Shown in pieces: positions 59,362 through 64,000 of a stretch of 64,000 nt of DNA (its first letter is position 1; the number at the start of each line of letters is the position of its first letter). The translations under genes and the position numbers were made by a program. The notes under the pieces are model-generated. The model had not been told where the DNA came from. It made no database searches and saw only the letters and a list, made by a program, of their open reading frames with translations. The stretch lies in assembly GCF_002087085.1 (NCBI RefSeq), contig NZ_MWQY01000010.1, positions 62,001 through 126,000 of the forward strand, written 5' to 3'.

Positions 59362-60606
59362 TTAGAAAAATACCCGCTTTATATGGCGTTCCAGCAGGTT
59401 TTCCCTGACCTGGTCGGCGACGACATCCTCATAGCGTTCCAGGGCGTCGGTCCAGCGGCTTCCCATCTGGGAGGCGACCTTGTATCCAACGTGCAGAAGC
59501 TGCCGCACGTGCATGTTGTAGAGCTTTTCCGACTGATCGTGGCGCAGGACCTTCGCAAAGAAGGGACCTGACCAGCCGTCCACCTCATCGGGACTGGGCA
59601 GCCTGTTCTTGTCGATGTCGATGACCGCGGCGTAGGGTGCGCAGAGCTCGTCGAACTTTTTCAGTCCCGTACGGTAGACCTCTCTGGCGATCTCGAGTCC
59701 TTCTCCGCCGGCCTCCGCCAGGCCGATAATCTCCTCCAGCCAGGTTGTTCCTGCAGTCTTCAGGTGAAGTCCCGCACCATGTTTGCGCATGGCGGCCTGC
59801 ATCCCCGGATAGATGGAAAACTTGTCGCTACCGGAATGAATGGAAAGCTTCAGGTTCTCCGGAAGGCCGAATTCCCTGACGGCGAAGGCGATTACGCAGA
59901 CATCCTCGTCAAACTCCTTGTTGAACTGCTCAACGTTGCCCACGTAGTCGACACCCTTGTTGAAACGGCCGGTAAACTTGGGGGCGATGGTCTGGGCGGG
60001 GATGCCTTCGTCGGCAATGGCAGCCAGGATGAAGAGCAGCTCATCGGGAGTCTGGGGAAGATCGGTCTCGTCCATGGAGACCTCGGGGACAAAGTTACCC
60101 TCTCCCTTCTTCTCGAGGACATGACGATAGATCTTTCCTGCTTCCTGTACAGCCAGCAGGTATTTTTCTGCGATACTCCGGAGCTTTGCCTCAGTTATCT
60201 CCAGCTTTTCATCAATTCCGGGAACATCGATACTGCCGATGTAGGAGGAGTACTTCTTTACGAAGGCTTCGATGGAGTCCTTGTCTGCAGCCTTGCCGGT
60301 AAAATCGGCAACGTCCAGGGTGTAGAAGTCCGATGCTTCGATAAAAAGATCCACGTTTCCAAGACCGATGTGGTCGGCATCCACGTAGTAGGAGTTCTTC
60401 CAGTTCAGGGCCTTGACCGCCTCATCGGCCTCTTTGCGGGCAGACATGGGATCGGTTCCGACGATGCTGTGCTCCCGGTAACTCTTGTTCCAGACAGGGA
60501 CAATATCGATCCCCATATCCTTGGCGGCAATAATCGCCTCCAGCTGAGGTCTTCCCTGATGGAAAAAGCGGTCGCCGCAGCCGAATGAATATTTCTCCAG
60601 TTTCAT
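59362..60606 (-). CDS. uxaE: Tagaturonate/fructuronate epimerase
   Basis: SFGCGDRF, DADHI, EVSMDET, APKF.G.F.KGVDY, SIHSGSDKFS, HLKTAGTTWLE. Confidence 0.9.
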   Translation of the reverse strand: MKLEKYSFGCGDRFFHQGRPQLEAIIAAKDMGIDIVPVWNKSYREHSIVGTDPMSARKEADEAVKALNWKNSYYVDADHIGLGNVDLFIEASDFYTLDVADFTGKAADKDSIEAFVKKYSSYIGSIDVPGIDEKLEITEAKLRSIAEKYLLAVQEAGKIYRHVLEKKGEGNFVPEVSMDETDLPQTPDELLFILAAIADEGIPAQTIAPKFTGRFNKGVDYVGNVEQFNKEFDEDVCVIAFAVREFGLPENLKLSIHSGSDKFSIYPGMQAAMRKHGAGLHLKTAGTTWLEEIIGLAEAGGEGLEIAREVYRTGLKKFDELCAPYAAVIDIDKNRLPSPDEVDGWSGPFFAKVLRHDQSEKLYNMHVRQLLHVGYKVASQMGSRWTDALERYEDVVADQVRENLLERHIKRVFF

Positions 60607-60633
60607 GTTTAATCTCCTTACACTAATCTGTGC

Positions 60634-62055
60634 TTAATCAATTTCCATCCCGAAGTAGTTCCGGGCGTTGTTGTAGCTGATATCCGCGATCATGCCTCCC
60701 AGAAGGTCCATGTCCCGAGGGGCTTCACCTTCTTCTACCCAGGTTCCGACCATGTTGCACAGGATGCGCCTGAAATAGTCGTGCCGGGGATAGGAGAGAA
60801 AACTCCGGGAGTCGGTTATCATTCCGACAAAGCGGCTCAACAGGCCGATGTTCGCCAGGGCGCTCATCTGGCTCAACATGCCCTCCTTCTGATCGTTGTA
60901 CCACCAGGCGGTACCCAGCTGGATCTTGCCGGGGGTACTTCCGTCCTGGAAACTTCCGCCGATGGAGGCCAGAAGCTCGTTATCCCGGGGATTCAGGGTG
61001 TAGAGGATGGTCTTCGGCAGCATCTCTTCCATATCCAGGGCATCGAGGAAATTGCGGAGGGGTACTGCGATCTGCCCGTCCGCCATACCGTCCAGTCCCG
61101 TATCGGGTCCCAGTTTCCTGAAAAGCCGTGTGTTGTTGTTCCGCAGACAATTCAGGTGAAGCTGCATTACCCAGCCCCGCTTCGCGTTCATCCGTCCGAA
61201 GTGGAGCATCAGGGCGGTACGGAATTTGTCCGCCTCTCCGGGGCTGACCTCTCCCCCGCTCTTCGCCTTTTTAAAGATAGCCTCCAGCTCCGCGTCGGAG
61301 GCGGGAGCATACACCGGCAGGGTCAGGGCATGGTCGGAGAGACGCCCCCCCATGGAATGGAAAAACTCGTGCCGTTTGTCCAGGGCTGAGAGCAGATCCC
61401 CGAAGGAGTCGATGCTCATGGAAGCGGCCGCCCCCAGCCTGGCAAGATATTCGATCCAGGCCTCGCCGGTATCAACCGCCATGGACTTGTCCGGCCGGAA
61501 GGCGGGGTACATCTTTGATTTGAAGCTTGCGTCCGCCGCCACAGAGGCGTGGTGCTCAAGGCTGTCCGCTGGATCATCCGTAGTACAGACCGCCTTGACG
61601 TTGAAATGTTCCATGATTCCCCGGGCCCGGAACTCATCGCCGGAGACAAGCTTTGCATTGATATCCTCGTAGATGCTTTTGGCAGTCTGAGGATTCAGCA
61701 GCTTGCCGCTGATTCCGAAGGGATCCTTCATTTCCATATGGGTCCAGTGGTACAGGGGGTTTCCGATGGTTTTGGGAACCGTCTCCGCCCAGGCGGCGAA
61801 CTTGTCCCAGTCCGAGGCGTCCCCGGTACAGTTGCGTTCAGCCACACCGTTGGCCCGCATGGCCCGCCACTTGTAATGGTCGCCGTATAGCCAGATTTCA
61901 GTCAGGTTCCTGAACTGCTTGTTCTCCGCCACCTGCACAGGGGGCAGATGGCAGTGATAATCGAATATGGGCATATCCGCCGCGTACTGGTGGTATAAAG
62001 TACGGGCCGCATCGTTCTGCAGCATGAAATCGTCATCGAGAAACTGTTTTGCCAT
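60634..62055 (-). CDS. uxaC: Uronate isomerase
   Basis: DYHCHL, GDHYKWRAMR, CTTDDP, WWYND, TDSRSFLSYPRH. Confidence 0.96.
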   Translation of the reverse strand: MAKQFLDDDFMLQNDAARTLYHQYAADMPIFDYHCHLPPVQVAENKQFRNLTEIWLYGDHYKWRAMRANGVAERNCTGDASDWDKFAAWAETVPKTIGNPLYHWTHMEMKDPFGISGKLLNPQTAKSIYEDINAKLVSGDEFRARGIMEHFNVKAVCTTDDPADSLEHHASVAADASFKSKMYPAFRPDKSMAVDTGEAWIEYLARLGAAASMSIDSFGDLLSALDKRHEFFHSMGGRLSDHALTLPVYAPASDAELEAIFKKAKSGGEVSPGEADKFRTALMLHFGRMNAKRGWVMQLHLNCLRNNNTRLFRKLGPDTGLDGMADGQIAVPLRNFLDALDMEEMLPKTILYTLNPRDNELLASIGGSFQDGSTPGKIQLGTAWWYNDQKEGMLSQMSALANIGLLSRFVGMITDSRSFLSYPRHDYFRRILCNMVGTWVEEGEAPRDMDLLGGMIADISYNNARNYFGMEID

Positions 62056-62078
62056 AGTATACTCCTTTTTTTACTGCC

Positions 62079-62894
62079 TCAGATATTGTGAACCAGGTAA
62101 CCGCCGTCCACCGGAATGGAAACGCCCGTTACAAAGCCGGATGCTTTTTCGCTGCACAGAAAGAGCAGAGCCCCGGCAAGCTCCTGGACCTCGCCGAAAC
62201 GGCCGAAGGGAGTATGGTCGATGATGGCCTGCCCTCTGGCGGTCAGATTTCCCGTGGCTTCGTCCATCAGGAGGGCCTTGTTCTGCTTGCCCACAAAGAA
62301 ACCCGGTGCAATGGCGTTGACCCGGATACCGTCGGGGGCGAACTCCCGGGCACCGGCCATGGTAAGGTTCAGGACCGCCATCTTGGCGGCGCCATAGGCG
62401 TGGGTTCCGGAAAGGGGAATGTAGCTGGTCATGGAAGTCAGGTTGATTATGCTCCCCTTGATCTTCTTCTCTTTCCACTTCTTTACAAAAACCTTGGTGG
62501 GAACCATAAGACCGGCTACCAGATTGAGGTGAAGGACCTCTTCGAAGGTCTTCATGTCGACGTCCACCCAGTCGGATTTTCCCCGGTTGCCTCCCGCGGC
62601 GTTAATCAGTACATCCACGGAACCGAACTGTTTCTCCGTCTCTTCATAGGCTTCAGCTACAGCTGCCTCGTCGCCCGCATCGGCCTTGACCCGCTGCAGC
62701 TGGTCCTTCAAACCCGTAGCCCTGGCAAGCTTATCCAGGTTCTCGTCGATGGAGGGATACCGGTGACCCCAGAGTGAAACATTGGCCCCCGCCTGAAGCA
62801 GGGCTTCACCCATGGCGTAGGCGATGTTTCCGCCGCCGCCGGTAATTACGGCGGTTTTTCCTTTTAAACTGAACATCTCTTCCAAATAATTCAT
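62079..62894 (-). CDS. uxuB: SDR-type D-mannonate oxidoreductase (fructuronate reductase)
   Basis: TGGGG, NAAGGN, YGAAK, APGFF..QN..LL, TPFGRFG; adjacent to uxaC. Confidence 0.72.
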   Translation of the reverse strand: MNYLEEMFSLKGKTAVITGGGGNIAYAMGEALLQAGANVSLWGHRYPSIDENLDKLARATGLKDQLQRVKADAGDEAAVAEAYEETEKQFGSVDVLINAAGGNRGKSDWVDVDMKTFEEVLHLNLVAGLMVPTKVFVKKWKEKKIKGSIINLTSMTSYIPLSGTHAYGAAKMAVLNLTMAGAREFAPDGIRVNAIAPGFFVGKQNKALLMDEATGNLTARGQAIIDHTPFGRFGEVQELAGALLFLCSEKASGFVTGVSIPVDGGYLVHNI

Positions 62895-62955
62895 AATCCG
62901 TTCCTTAAAGTTAATTTTATCCCCCGGACTTCACGTCCGGGGTCGGTATCCGGGC

Positions 62956-63732
62956 TTAAGCGCTGTTTTCAGCCGGGTAGTCGGCAATCAGAACATCGAT
63001 TTCCGCCGCCCGCATATTTTCCTCTCCGGAGAAATCCCTGTCGGTAATCAGTACATCCACCCCGTCGGCCCGGGCAAAGACCGAAAACGCGGTGTACTCG
63101 AACTTCGACGAATCCGCCAGGATTACCCGCCGTTCGGAAACCTCCAGGGCACGCTGCTTGAGCTGGGCCTCCAGGATATTCTGGGACGAAAATACCCCCG
63201 CGGCGGAAAAGCCGGTGGCCCCCATAAAACAGGTCCCGATCTGAAAGTCCCGCAGGTTCTCTATGGCTGTCGGCCCGAGAAAACTGCCGGCCTCCTTGTG
63301 ATAGGCTCCCCCCACGGCGATCAGGCTTATTCCCGGTCTGTCCGCCAGGCGGTTCATCACGTCGATGGAGTTGGTGACTACCCGCAGGGCAATATCCGCC
63401 ACCGCCTCGGCAAAGAGCATGCAGGTGGACCCGGAATCTATGTAGATGGTGTCCCCTTCCCTGACCAGTTCCGCCGCCCTGGCGGCTATGGCGAGTTTCT
63501 TTTCCCGGTTCTCGTTGCGCCGCATGTTCAGGGTCCGCCGAAATCTGCGGTCCTCCGCCAGCTCTGCTCCCCCGTGGGTGCGGATCAGAAAGCCCATCTC
63601 CTCCAGGGTTGTCAGATCCTTGCGGATGGTAACCTCGGAAACCTTCAGCCTCGCGGTAAGATCTCCCACGCTGACGGAGCGTAATCGGGAGAGGATGGTA
63701 AGTATTTCATCGTGCCGTCTGTTGGCTGGCAT
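62956..63732 (-). CDS. DeoR/GlpR family regulator
   Basis: VSEVTIRKDL, RTHGGA, DSGST, DSSKF. Confidence 0.92.
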   Translation of the reverse strand: MPANRRHDEILTILSRLRSVSVGDLTARLKVSEVTIRKDLTTLEEMGFLIRTHGGAELAEDRRFRRTLNMRRNENREKKLAIAARAAELVREGDTIYIDSGSTCMLFAEAVADIALRVVTNSIDVMNRLADRPGISLIAVGGAYHKEAGSFLGPTAIENLRDFQIGTCFMGATGFSAAGVFSSQNILEAQLKQRALEVSERRVILADSSKFEYTAFSVFARADGVDVLITDRDFSGEENMRAAEIDVLIADYPAENSA

Positions 63733-63911
63733 TTCGTTTCCTTTCGGTTTCTACAGTAGTACGCAATACGGTGGGTGTCAATGAGAAAATGTAAGGGTTT
63801 ACAAAACTTGACACAGCCCCGTTGACATAGTACAAGTTTCATTACAGACTGATAAACGTAAGCGTACAAAACTATCGTATCCCGCCGGTCTTGTACCGTC
63901 AAGGAGGAATA

Positions 63912-64000
63912 ATGAGCGACCCAGTACAGGAATTAAAGGATTTCAAACCCCGGAAGGAGTTCTTCGTCGGTATCGATTCCGATGGCTGCGCCTTCGACTC
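63912..64000 (+). CDS. HAD-family hydrolase (5' end, truncated by window edge)
   Basis: AGGAGG RBS then MSDPVQELKDFKPRKEFFVGIDSDGCAFD (DxDG motif I). Confidence 0.75.
   Translation, partial: MSDPVQELKDFKPRKEFFVGIDSDGCAFD

Noticed and set aside
62922..62942. Terminator after the second DeoR gene
   Set aside because: Hairpin CCCCGGAC/GTCCGGGG has no U-tract on the coding strand

Overview
Bacterial chromosomal window, most likely from a free-living anaerobic spirochaete (Spirochaetaceae-like; inferred from 'FAxGGQ/E' solute-binding-protein signal peptides and gene content). It is dominated by carbohydrate/organic-acid catabolism. (i) 0-18.6 kb: an uncharacterised catabolic region with three URO-D/MtaA-fold paralogues, TTT and TRAP transporters, a DapA-like aldolase, dehydrogenases, a degenerate mini-transketolase and sigma-54 control. 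(ii) ettA, an AT-rich TetR/VTT/ATP-grasp islet, an MCP and csoR-copZ-copA. (iii) An L-rhamnose uptake/catabolism cluster with a divergent YesM/YesN-type two-component system. (iv) A DeoR-led operon joining a fused-E1/E2/E3 dehydrogenase complex to PHP, SrlD-like and SorE-like enzymes. (v) glk-nudC-UGPase-hisI, a ferredoxin, a racemase, an AKR and a uxuB-uxaC-uxaE operon. Non-coding highlights are two opposite-orientation copies of a ~145-bp element with terminal inverted repeats (MITE-like), a five-unit 77-79-bp mosaic hairpin array with a solo copy of one module 12 kb away, and several paired operators. No rRNA, tRNA, CRISPR/cas, integrase or transposase was seen. All family calls come from motif recognition by eye; no searches were run.
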